A stretch of 64,000 bases of DNA from positions 960,001-1,024,000 of the forward strand of contig CAWDYW010000001.1 in assembly GCA_963806855.1 (NCBI GenBank). The letters run 5' to 3'. Of this stretch, positions 1-8,621 are shown one piece after another (position 1 is the stretch's first letter; each line of letters begins with the position of its first letter). Origin of the DNA: an uncultured Verrucomicrobiae bacterium. Lineage in GTDB: Bacteria > Chlamydiota > Chlamydiia > Chlamydiales > Rhabdochlamydiaceae. A program made the translations under genes and the position numbers. The notes beneath the pieces were generated by a model. That model was not told where the DNA came from, searched no databases, and saw only the letters and a program-made list of their open reading frames with translations.

Positions 1-220
1 ATAGTAAAGGACTACGTTGTATATATAGGCTAAAGACCTACCTTGGGATGCTTCCTCAGTCCTAAGCTCTAGAAGCTCTGGTTGCAGACAAGCGACAGGG
101 TAAAGCACGAAACGGATTAGAGCACGTGCCGGTATACAACATTGTCGAGGGGAGATCATCGCAAGATGGCGTTACTAGCCCAGTAATGGGATTTTGGGAG
201 TCGTAAGGCTCCCACTTTTT
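1..220 (+). ncRNA. HEARO / omegaRNA-like structured RNA (IscB-type OMEGA scaffold), 5' part cut off by window edge
   Basis: Recognisable HEARO-like blocks CTACGTT(12-18), GGGATGCTTCCTCAGTCC, CAGGGTAAAGCACGAAACG, AACATTGTCGAGGGGAGA. Pairings read directly: 16-23 with 133-140; 42-48 with 60-66; 75-83 with 115-123; loop CTTCCTC(51-57) with GAGGGG(147-152), pseudoknot. Three 3' hairpins with GNRA loops (157-168, 179-190, 195-214), the last followed by a T-run. Confidence 0.8.
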
Positions 221-290
221 AAACTTAAATAAGGAGCAAGGCTTCCTCCCAGGCATAAATGCCAGGGTTTCCGCCTTGAAAAATGGATGA
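1..290 (+). mobile_element. Non-autonomous IS200/IS605 (IscB-family) derivative: omegaRNA + RBS + right-end hairpin, no nuclease ORF
   Basis: After the RNA, AAGGAG (231-236) is followed at once by CAAGGC-TTCCTCCC-AGGCATAAATGCCAGGG-TTTCC-GCCTTG (237-278; 237-242 pairs with 273-278, GGCAT/ATGCC hairpin 252-263), resembling IscB element ends, then ATGA at 287-290. Confidence 0.7.
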
Positions 291-1246
291 AAAAGAAATT
301 TGAAAAACTTGTATGTTGCTTGATGTTTTGCTCTTCTGCTCTCTTTGCTGACCCCATTCTCGGGGATAAAATTGATGAAGACTTGGATGTTGTCTACAGC
401 TATCTGCAGAATGATTGGATCATGGGACTCAGTGACGGCTCTTCGTGGAAGCTGATGCCTCTAAAAGAGAAAAGAAAACAGACTTGGGCAGAGTGGTGGG
501 GACAAACCGAGCCAAAAGAGTGGAAACTCTCAGATGAATTCTTCTTTGATCCACGCGATTGGAGAGGAAGATATACCGTGCAAGTCTATCTGGCGAAAGA
601 TTCGGTTGCCTCCGGCTATGACTACATTCTGGTCAATGAATATACAAATCAAAAGGTCTTTGCGAAATTTGTCCCGTATGGAGCAGATTTCATTCCCAAA
701 ATGGAATATGCCCGCAGAATCATGGAGAGCGGCGAGCCCGTTTCTTCGAGTGTTTTGGCAGCCTATACGTTTTTAGATGATGTGGTGACGCTTGAGGACA
801 AATCGATTTGGAAGCTCAATTTGATCGGCAAGAATAGCGCGAGTTTGTCAGAATGGTGGAATGGCGTTGAAATTGATCAACCCGACACTGCCTTCGTTTC
901 AAAGTTGTCCGAGTGGAAAGCATCAGACAAGATTGAAATCTATCATGCCCATTTTGATGATTCGGAATTAAACCAGAAATACCGGGTTTCAAAGGCTCTC
1001 CAAGAGATCTATCTGCTCGAAAATAAAACCCGTCACAAAATGGCCTATGCTAACGAGATGTCATTTAAAGACCTTTTAGATGGTCTGCAAAAACATGGAG
1101 ATAACCAACATGAGAAGGGTTATTCCACTGGGTTCTCAGAAGGCTATAAGAAAGGCTACAAGGATGGGCAATCCAAAGGCTTCTCCGATGGTGTAGAGCG
1201 GGGCAAGAAAGAGGCAACCAAAGAAAACCGACTCTACGAACAGTGA
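287..1246 (+). CDS. Secreted hypothetical protein with two tandem homologous domains and a C-terminal GxxxG repeat helix
   Basis: Signal peptide; LSDGSSWKL..WAEWW..YILVN repeated as LEDKSIWKL..LSEWW..YLLEN; tail EKGYSTGFSEGYKKGYKDGQSKGFSDG. Confidence 0.8.
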   Translation: MKKKFEKLVCCLMFCSSALFADPILGDKIDEDLDVVYSYLQNDWIMGLSDGSSWKLMPLKEKRKQTWAEWWGQTEPKEWKLSDEFFFDPRDWRGRYTVQVYLAKDSVASGYDYILVNEYTNQKVFAKFVPYGADFIPKMEYARRIMESGEPVSSSVLAAYTFLDDVVTLEDKSIWKLNLIGKNSASLSEWWNGVEIDQPDTAFVSKLSEWKASDKIEIYHAHFDDSELNQKYRVSKALQEIYLLENKTRHKMAYANEMSFKDLLDGLQKHGDNQHEKGYSTGFSEGYKKGYKDGQSKGFSDGVERGKKEATKENRLYEQ

Positions 1247-2193
1247 TAGAACTCCCCAGTATTGCAGACGGGGAGGACAAAGCCTCGCCATTCAAGAACC
1301 GGATCAGAAAAAACTACCGCCATGTCCGCAAGTGGGCCAAGCGGACCACAACCGATTGCTTCCGCATCTACGACCGCGATATTAAAGAGTATCCGCTGGC
1401 GATCGATTTCTATGCCGGGAAATTCTTGGTTCAGTTCATTTCCTTTGATGGGGATATTGAACCCAAAGAGGAGGTGGAGCAGGTCCTCAGCTCGATTTTT
1501 GGAGTAGATTTAGAGAATATTTACTGGCGCTCGCGCATTCGACGAAAAAAATTGGAGCAGTATGAAAAGCTAGCCGATGAAAAAGAGTTTTTCATTGTCC
1601 ATGAATACGGCGCGAAGTTCAAAGTGAATCTTGTTGACTATTTGGATACGGGGCTCTTTCTGGATCATCGTGAGACGCGCCAAATGGTTGCCCGGGTGGC
1701 TTCGGGCAAACGGCTGCTCAACCTCTTTGCTTATACTTGTTCTTTCAGTGTCCACGCTGCTTTAGCCGGAGCAAGTTTCACTAAAAGTGTCGACATGTCC
1801 AACACCTATACGGAATGGGGAAGGGACAACTTTCTTCTCAATGGGATCCCGCTCCAACATCATGCGATTATTCGGGCAGATTGTCTCAAATTTCTCGAAG
1901 AGGAGAAGGAAACTTATGATCTCATTGTGATCGATCCTCCGACGATCTCCCGATCAAAAAAAATGGAGGAGATGTTCGATATCCAGGTTGATTACATTGA
2001 GCTAATCACTCAGGCCCTCAAGTTGCTTACCCCTAAGGGAACCATCTTTTTCAGCACCAATTCGAGAAAATTTGCCTTTGATGATTCCCTTTTTGACGGC
2101 TGTAAAATCGTAGAGATCACCGCAAAGACGATCCCCTTAGATTTCCATCAGCAAAAGATCCACCGTTGTTGGACGATCACTTCGACTTCTTAG
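1243..2193 (+). CDS. Class I SAM-dependent rRNA methyltransferase (RlmK/RlmI-like)
   Basis: FRIYDRDIKEYPLAIDFY, DTGLFLDHR, LLNLFAYTCSFSV, VIDPPT motifs; GTG start overlaps upstream stop. Confidence 0.88.
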   Translation: MIELPSIADGEDKASPFKNRIRKNYRHVRKWAKRTTTDCFRIYDRDIKEYPLAIDFYAGKFLVQFISFDGDIEPKEEVEQVLSSIFGVDLENIYWRSRIRRKKLEQYEKLADEKEFFIVHEYGAKFKVNLVDYLDTGLFLDHRETRQMVARVASGKRLLNLFAYTCSFSVHAALAGASFTKSVDMSNTYTEWGRDNFLLNGIPLQHHAIIRADCLKFLEEEKETYDLIVIDPPTISRSKKMEEMFDIQVDYIELITQALKLLTPKGTIFFSTNSRKFAFDDSLFDGCKIVEITAKTIPLDFHQQKIHRCWTITSTS

Positions 2194-2595
2194 ATCTACG
2201 CTGATCTTTGCTATCCCATTTACCTCGATTTTTCTTCTTGTGGTAGGAGGGATTGCCCCGCCGTCGGTGCGACCATAGTAGCGGTGGTAGCGGCGATAGT
2301 CGTTAAAATAGGGCTCATCGTTGAAGTAAACCCCATAATAGTATCCTGGCCCACCCCAGCGGACATCATAAAAGCCGTTGTTTAGCCAATAGTAGTAATC
2401 ATCGGGGTAGTCGAACCAGATGCCATAATACCATCCGGGGCCAGCCCAAGCTTGGTAATAGGCATTGTCATAGTAGTAATAATAGCCATAGGGACCACCC
2501 ACATCCACTTGTACACCTGGGGCGCGGACGCTGGCAGCGTCGAGTGAAGCGGCGAGGCTGATGAGAGCTGTACAAAGTAACATTGGTATTTTCAT
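2137..2595 (-). CDS. Secreted Tyr/Trp-rich protein, WxGPGWYYG family (paralog 1); C-terminus probably frameshifted, true stop likely 2177-2179
   Basis: Signal peptide, VQVDVGG strand, modules WAGPGWYYGIWFD and WGGPGYYYGVYFN; homologous to 7721-8455 and 8622-9065. Confidence 0.8.
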   Translation of the reverse strand: MKIPMLLCTALISLAASLDAASVRAPGVQVDVGGPYGYYYYYDNAYYQAWAGPGWYYGIWFDYPDDYYYWLNNGFYDVRWGGPGYYYGVYFNDEPYFNDYRRYHRYYGRTDGGAIPPTTRRKIEVNGIAKISVDLRSRSDRPTTVDLLLMEI

Positions 2596-2685
2596 AAGGG
2601 TTCTCCGTTAAGCTCATCTATAAAAGAAACAATTTTTGTTGTCAGTAAAATTGGTTACAATTAAATGAAAATAAGAGGTGTGAGT

Positions 2686-2925
2686 ATGAGATATGTTAGA
2701 ACTGGTGTGATTGTGATTGGAGTTTTTTTGATCGGCTTAGGGATTTATTCGCTCGTCTACGATCAAATATCATATACCAATAAGGAAAAAGTGATCGAAA
2801 TCGGCCCTGTCCAAGCGACAATCGATAGAGGGGCCACCTGTGTTCGGTTGCCGGCGATCTTCGGGGCACTGGTCATCATTGCCGGTGGTGCGCTCGTCGC
2901 GATGCATTTTGCCAAGAGACAGTGA
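2686..2925 (+). CDS. Small two-TM membrane protein (DUF3185-like)
   Basis: Two hydrophobic helices flanking YTNKEKVIEIGPVQAT; AGAGG SD upstream of ATG 2686. Confidence 0.65.
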   Translation: MRYVRTGVIVIGVFLIGLGIYSLVYDQISYTNKEKVIEIGPVQATIDRGATCVRLPAIFGALVIIAGGALVAMHFAKRQ

Positions 2926-2931
2926 ATATAT

Positions 2932-4544
2932 TTAGACCAAAACATCGACGAGCTGATGGTCGGGATTCTGCTTGATCGCATACTGCTTTTCCCAAGGCTC
3001 GCTGAATAGAACAATCGGCCGTTCTAAACGGTCCTTGAACAATCAGGGCTGTTGTTGTCTTCTTAAATGTCTTAATATCGCCCAATGATCCAGGCGCTGC
3101 ATGTATAGGGGAGGGGAGTGAGGAGGGTCTCAACGCCATATTCATCTTTCAGGCGGTATTGCATCACTTCGAATTGGAGCTGTCCTACAGCTGCAAAGAT
3201 CAGATCGCCGCTCCGTTCATTGGGGCTGCAACAGTTGGATGGCGCCTTCATCGGTGAGCTGCAGCACCCCTTTATCGAAGGATTTTCGTTTGCCGACATC
3301 TTTGGGATGGAGCGCGGGCGAAAATTTCGGGCTGGAATTGGGGGAGAGGTTTAAAATTAAATCCGCCTGTGAGGGAGATGGTATCGCCGATGGCAAAGAG
3401 CGCCGGGGTTGATCACGCCGATGATGTCTCCGGGATAGGCGATGTCAAGAGTGGTTCTTTCTCCGGCGACCATGCCATGGGGGCGGGAGAGGCGGATTTC
3501 ACGGCCGAGGCGGTGGTGTTTGACGACTAAGATCCCGCTCAAAGCGGCCCGAACAGATCCGGAAAAAGGCCATGCTGTCGCGATGGCGGCGGTCCATATT
3601 GGCCTGCAGTTTGAAAACATAGCCGCTGAAGGGCGTATTCACCGGATCGATTTCGATCTCCTGTCCCGTCGAGTGCGATCGGCCAAACGGCGAATGGGGA
3701 CAGGGGGCTAGATGGATAAAGGCATCAAAGAAGGGCTCGACGCCAAAATTGGTCAGAGCGGAGGCAAAAAAGACTGGGGTGACTTCGCCTGCGAGAAAAC
3801 CGTCTTGTTGAAAAGCGGTTGCCTGCCATCTCCAAAAGCTCTAATTCTTCTGAAGAGCTGCTGCATACGGTCCGTGCTCGATCTTTTCCTTGGCTTCGGG
3901 GCTTTGAAGGGGAAAGCGGTCGATGTCGGCTTTTTGAGCGCCTCCGGCAGAGGTTTTGGTGAAAAAGAGGCATTCTTCGGTTGCACGATCGACGACGCCA
4001 TGAAACTCTTTGCCGGAGCCGATCGGCCAATTCATCGCAGTAGGAATGGATTTGAAGCACATCTTCCACTTCATTCATCAGATCGAGCGGGTCGCGGCAC
4101 GGCATATCCATTTTGTTGATGAAGGTCAGCACGGGGATTTTGCGCAGGCGGCAAACTTCAAAGAGTTTGCGGGTCTGCTTTTCGACCCCTTTGGAGGCAT
4201 CGATCACCATGATGGCGCAATCGGCGGCGGTCAGGGTGCGGTAGGTGTCTTCAGAGAAAGTCTTCGTGGCCGGGAGTGTCCAGAACGTTGATGATGGTAT
4301 CTTTATAGGTAAATTGCATGGCGGAGGAGGTGATCGAAATTCCCCGTTCCTGCTCCATGGCCATCCAGTCGGAAGCGGCCGCTTTGCGCCCTTTGCGCCC
4401 CTTGACCATGCCGGCAGTGTGGATCATCCCCGAATAGAGAAGAAGTTTTTCGGTCAGGGTCGTTTTTCCGGCATCGGGGTGGCTGATGATCGCAAACGTG
4501 CGCCGATTGGAAACGGCTTTTCTGATCTCCTCGAGGTCACTCAT
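2932..4544 (-). CDS. prfC: Peptide chain release factor 3, split by several frameshifts (probably sequencing errors)
   Basis: [82 protein letters not shown] across successive frames. Confidence 0.9.
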
Positions 4545-4553
4545 AGGAATTTA

Positions 4554-6233
4554 TTATACCGTATTCTCGGTCAATTCTCTAGCCCTTTCTAAGGCAGGGT
4601 CGATGTGAGGGAAGATTTGCGGCTGTCCGATCAGCTCGACGAGACCAAATTTTTTTAAAGATTTGAGGACAGGAGGGTTGACCCCCGAGAGAATCAAGGT
4701 TGTCTTTTCCTTCGCGCATTTATGGTAGAATTCCCCAAGGGCATGCATCCCGCTAGCGTCGATCATCGGGACTTTGCGCAAGCGTAAAATAAAGACTTTG
4801 GGAGGAGCTTCCATATTGGAGAGGACTCCCTTCAGGGTGTCGGCCAGACTAAAGAAAAACAGGCCGTCGATTTCATACACCTCAACTCCCGAGGGGACCC
4901 GCTTAGTTTCGATCGCATCGGGATCGGGTTTCTCGCCATTTTCTTCATTTAGACTTTTTAATGAGACAACGCCAGAAAGATCGCTGATCCGCTTCATAAA
5001 TAAAAAGGCTGCCAAGATCATTCCGATTTCGATGGCAACGATCAAATCGACTACGATGGTGAGCAAGAAAGTCGTCAGCAAGACTGCAACATCGCCAAGA
5101 GGGGCTTTAAAAAGATGGCGGAAATGGCCAAGCTCGCTCATATTCCATGCGACCATCACCAAGACAGCAGAAAGGGCGGCGATCGGGATCTGGCTGACAA
5201 TAGGGGCGCAAACCAGGACAATCAATAACAAGGTGAGCGCATGGATCATTCCAGCAACAGGGCTTTGGGCGCCGCTCTTGATGTTGGTCGCTGTCCGGGC
5301 GATCGCCCCAGTGGCGGGAATGCCTCCGAATAAGGCCGAGCCGATATTGGCTATTCCTTGAGCCATCAATTCGCAATTCGATTTATGCCTCCTGCCTGTC
5401 ATCCCATCGGCGACGACCGCGGAGAGGAGCGACTCGATCCCCGCTAAAAAGGCAATCGTAAAGGCGGCCGGAACAATTTTATCCCATGCGGCAAATCCAG
5501 TCATGAAGTCGGGAAGGGTAAAGGAGGGGAGGGTGCTTGGGATTTCACCAAAGCGGTCTTGAATCGTTTCGACAGGCAAGTGAAAGCCCCAAGCGATAGC
5601 TGTCGCCACCACAATTGAGGAAATTCCCCAGGGGAGAACAGGGAAAAACTTCCGTATGAGAATGATCAGCACCAGAGTCCCCAATGCGACCGCAAAGGTG
5701 GGGGGATGCCATGTAGGAAATGCGGAAAAGAGGGCGATGCACTTAGCGAAAAAATCGACGGGAAGTTTGTCGATCTGCAGCCCGAAGAAATCTTTGATCT
5801 GGGAGAAAAAAATGACAAAGGCGATTCCAGTTGTAAATCCGATAATCAAGGGATAGGGGATATATTTGATCAGGTTACCGAGTCGAAAGAAGGCGGCAAT
5901 CAGTAAGATCAAGCCAGCTAGAATGGTGCTGATCATCAGTCCATTAAGCCCAAGCTGCGCGACGACAGCATAAATGACGATGACAAAGGCTCCAGTTGGC
6001 CCGCCGATTTGGAAAAAACTGCCGCCGAGCAGCGAAATCACAAATCCGGCGATGATTGCGGTATAGAGGCCACTGATTGGGGTCACTCCTGAAGCGATTC
6101 CAAAGGCCATGGCCAGCGGAAGGGCGACGACTCCCACCGTAATCCCAGCGATCAGATCCTTTTTGAATTTGGCAAAGGTGTAATGATCTTTTAACGCGAG
6201 CCAAGTTTTAGGTATGAATTGTGTCCAGAACAT
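4554..6233 (-). CDS. SulP/SLC26 anion transporter with C-terminal STAS domain
   Basis: DLIAGITVGVVALPLAMAF, QIGGPTGA, GGIPATGAIART, STAS VPMIDASG. Confidence 0.93.
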   Translation of the reverse strand: MFWTQFIPKTWLALKDHYTFAKFKKDLIAGITVGVVALPLAMAFGIASGVTPISGLYTAIIAGFVISLLGGSFFQIGGPTGAFVIVIYAVVAQLGLNGLMISTILAGLILLIAAFFRLGNLIKYIPYPLIIGFTTGIAFVIFFSQIKDFFGLQIDKLPVDFFAKCIALFSAFPTWHPPTFAVALGTLVLIILIRKFFPVLPWGISSIVVATAIAWGFHLPVETIQDRFGEIPSTLPSFTLPDFMTGFAAWDKIVPAAFTIAFLAGIESLLSAVVADGMTGRRHKSNCELMAQGIANIGSALFGGIPATGAIARTATNIKSGAQSPVAGMIHALTLLLIVLVCAPIVSQIPIAALSAVLVMVAWNMSELGHFRHLFKAPLGDVAVLLTTFLLTIVVDLIVAIEIGMILAAFLFMKRISDLSGVVSLKSLNEENGEKPDPDAIETKRVPSGVEVYEIDGLFFFSLADTLKGVLSNMEAPPKVFILRLRKVPMIDASGMHALGEFYHKCAKEKTTLILSGVNPPVLKSLKKFGLVELIGQPQIFPHIDPALERARELTENTV

Positions 6234-7669
6234 TATGACCGCACCATGAAATTAATATAGCCTTTGGGGATATCGACGCTGACTAATTCGACAACAACTC
6301 GATCTCCCACATCTAATTTACCAAAATCGCCCACAACTTTTCCCTCTACCGAAGGGGAGATGACCCGGACCCAGGTTCCGTTCTCTCCGGCGCCGGTAAT
6401 CAAGCCCTCATATTGGGAGCCGATTGAATCCGAGAGGAAGAGGGCAGCGGCGACCTTATTCATATGCCGCTCGACTTTAGTCGCCGCATCTTCCTGAGCT
6501 GTGCAATGGAGGGCAAGATTCTCTAATTCTTCCAAAGAATAGGGCGATTTCTCTCCTCTTAGATGGGCCTTAAACTGCCGCTGCGAAATGAGGTCGGGGA
6601 AGCGTCTGTTGGGAGCTGTCGAGTGGACATATTCGGATAAAGCAAGCCCGAAATGGCCAACTGGCTCTTCTCCAGGCTGTTCGACAATATATTCTCCTCG
6701 GCCGAGCAGTTTGATCACTGTTAAAGACAAATCGGGAAAAGTGGCTGGATCTTTGGCCTTGCGCCGAGTGAGGAAGTTCTCCAGCGCCTTTGGATCGGGG
6801 ATATCGGGGAGCTTTTCTTGAAAGTTAGCGGCGATCTCCACAATCCGGTCCCATCGATTGGGAATGCGGACGACACGGCGCAAACTGGCGATCTTGAGCC
6901 TGCGGAATTCATCGGCCATCACATGGTTGGCGGCAATCATGAAATTTTCGATGAGCTGCTGAGCATAGTTGCGCAAAGGTGGCTGCAGGATGACATGGAG
7001 ATTGTTTGTCAATTTGGCCTCCAGTTCATTTGGCTCTAACGTCAAGGCACCCATCCGATGCCGATATTTTTGCAAAAGTTGTGCGATCCGATGTTGATAT
7101 TTTAGGGAAGTTTCTAGACCACCGACTGTTTTGATCTTCTCAGGGATGGGGATCTTGCCTTCCAGCCAGTCGCCGACACCGCCGTAGCTCAATTTGGCGT
7201 GGTTGCGGACTAGGGCTCGGAAGATCTTGCCCCCTTCCACATCTCCCTCTTCATTGACATTGACCTCAATGACGACCGCCATCCGATCTTCATTTTCATT
7301 TAGAGAAGTCAAATCGGTCGACAACTTATCTGGGAGCATGGGGAAAATTTTTGCCGGGGTGTAGACCGATGTCGTATTCTTGCGGGCATGTTGATCGAGA
7401 GGGGAATCTTTAGCAACCAAAGCGTCCACATCAGCAATCGCAACCCAAAGATTTCCCTTTTCAGCGTAAGTTAACTGATCGAGATCTCTCGAGTCTTCAT
7501 TGTCAATTGAGCACCATAAATACTTGCGGAGATCCCTGCTTTCAGACGTAGGGGAGGCTGCAGCGCCGATCGCGTCGAGCTGATTTAAAGCCTCTTGAGA
7601 GAAATCGGGCTCTAGTCCGCGCAGGCGCATGGCCTGTTTTGCTAAAAATTTGAGATCGTATTGTTCCAT
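6233..7669 (-). CDS. RNB-domain exoribonuclease (RNase II/R family, short form)
   Basis: SIDNEDSRDLDQL, VAIADV, LIENFMIAAN, HFGL..YVHSTAPNRRFPDL; start likely ATG at 7669. Confidence 0.9.
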   Translation of the reverse strand: MEQYDLKFLAKQAMRLRGLEPDFSQEALNQLDAIGAAASPTSESRDLRKYLWCSIDNEDSRDLDQLTYAEKGNLWVAIADVDALVAKDSPLDQHARKNTTSVYTPAKIFPMLPDKLSTDLTSLNENEDRMAVVIEVNVNEEGDVEGGKIFRALVRNHAKLSYGGVGDWLEGKIPIPEKIKTVGGLETSLKYQHRIAQLLQKYRHRMGALTLEPNELEAKLTNNLHVILQPPLRNYAQQLIENFMIAANHVMADEFRRLKIASLRRVVRIPNRWDRIVEIAANFQEKLPDIPDPKALENFLTRRKAKDPATFPDLSLTVIKLLGRGEYIVEQPGEEPVGHFGLALSEYVHSTAPNRRFPDLISQRQFKAHLRGEKSPYSLEELENLALHCTAQEDAATKVERHMNKVAAALFLSDSIGSQYEGLITGAGENGTWVRVISPSVEGKVVGDFGKLDVGDRVVVELVSVDIPKGYINFMVRS

Positions 7670-7672
7670 AAA

Positions 7673-7700
7673 AATGCCACTCATGATCATGAGTGGCATT
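7673..7700 (-). terminator. 28-bp perfect palindrome, probable terminator of 7721-8455
   Basis: AATGCCACTCATGA|TCATGAGTGGCATT, followed by a T-run on the minus strand. Confidence 0.6.
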
Positions 7701-7720
7701 GAGATATTTTTCAATTGAGA

Positions 7721-8455
7721 TTATTTGTGTTCGCTGCCATGTCCGCCACCGCCTTGTTTTACACCAGCTTGAGCTCTAGGTTGTGTTGCACGCGCTTGAG
7801 CTCTAGGCTGTGTTGCACGAGGTTGACCGCTAGGCTGTGTTACACGCGCTTGAGCTCTAGGTTGTGTTGCACGAGGTTGACCGCTAGGCTGTGTTGCACG
7901 AGGTTGACCCCTAGGCTGTGTTACACGAGGTTGACCGCTAGGCTGTGTTGGACGAGCTTGGCCGCTAGGCTGTGTTGCACGAGCTTGACCGCTAGGCTGT
8001 GTTACACGAGGTTGACCGCTAGGCTGTCTTGTACCAGTTTGACCAGCGCCCCGGCTTCCACCCCATTGGCCCAGATGTTCCTGCTGATGTCTGGCGGCAT
8101 CGCCTATTCCGTGGCCATGGTCATAATCTTGATGGTGACGGCTACGAAAATCATTAAAATCCCGTTCATCGCCAAACCAAACTCCATAATACCATCCTGG
8201 GCCACCCCAATAGACATTGTAAAAGTCGTTATCTAACCAAGCATCATAATCATCTTCATCACCAAACCAATAGCCATAATACCAGCCGGGACCAGCCCAA
8301 TCTTGGTAAGACTGGTCATCATTATCGTCATAGTAGTAATTGCCATCTACATTGCCAACGCCGACATCGACAACGGGTGTTTGGACTGTAATTTGAGAAA
8401 CTAAAGAGCCGCATAAGCACGTAGCAGCGGTTAATATTGCTAAATAAGAATTCAT
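7721..8455 (-). CDS. Secreted Tyr/Trp-rich protein, WxGPGWYYG family (paralog 2) with TQPSGQPRA repeat tail
   Basis: Signal peptide, two GPGWYYG modules, ten 9-aa repeats; GAGGGG SD. Confidence 0.85.
   Translation of the reverse strand: MNSYLAILTAATCLCGSLVSQITVQTPVVDVGVGNVDGNYYYDDNDDQSYQDWAGPGWYYGYWFGDEDDYDAWLDNDFYNVYWGGPGWYYGVWFGDERDFNDFRSRHHQDYDHGHGIGDAARHQQEHLGQWGGSRGAGQTGTRQPSGQPRVTQPSGQARATQPSGQARPTQPSGQPRVTQPRGQPRATQPSGQPRATQPRAQARVTQPSGQPRATQPRAQARATQPRAQAGVKQGGGGHGSEHK
7760..8029 (-). repeat. Ten tandem 27-bp coding repeats (TQP[SR][GA]Q[PA]R[AVP])
   Basis: Units such as GCACGAGGTTGACCGCTAGGCTGTGTT recur with 27-nt period. Confidence 0.9.
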
Positions 8456-8550
8456 CTTCCCCTCTTATTTTAGGACTTAAACTTCCTATACCAATAAAGG
8501 GGATTTAGAACAATTGCGTATAAGAAAGGACGATGGAAATAATAGGATGC

Positions 8551-8589
8551 GTGCTCGTGCCCGAAATTTATTGATTCGGGCACGGGCAC
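8551..8589. repeat. GGGCAC-type REP-like hairpin at a duplication junction
   Basis: GTGCTCGTGCCCGAA-9 nt-TTCGGGCACGGGCAC; second copy at 22052-22081. Confidence 0.8.
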
Positions 8590-8621
8590 AAAAGTGACAT
8601 TGAGATATTTTTCAATCGCGA

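Noticed and set aside
62..357. Minus-strand ORFs 62-256 and 175-357 as genes
   Set aside because: They overlap the structured RNA/transposon end and the next gene; no recognisable protein features.
2932..4544. Programmed frameshifting or pseudogenisation of prfC
   Set aside because: Many scattered indels as in other blocks; programmed shifting is known for prfB, not prfC.
7760..8029. 27-bp repeats as a CRISPR array
   Set aside because: Contiguous in-frame units with no unique spacers; no cas genes.
7715..8236. Cys-rich CCTRLTARL repeat ORF as a RiPP or metallothionein precursor
   Set aside because: Antisense shadow of the 27-bp repeats in 7721-8455, which has an SD, a signal peptide and paralogs.
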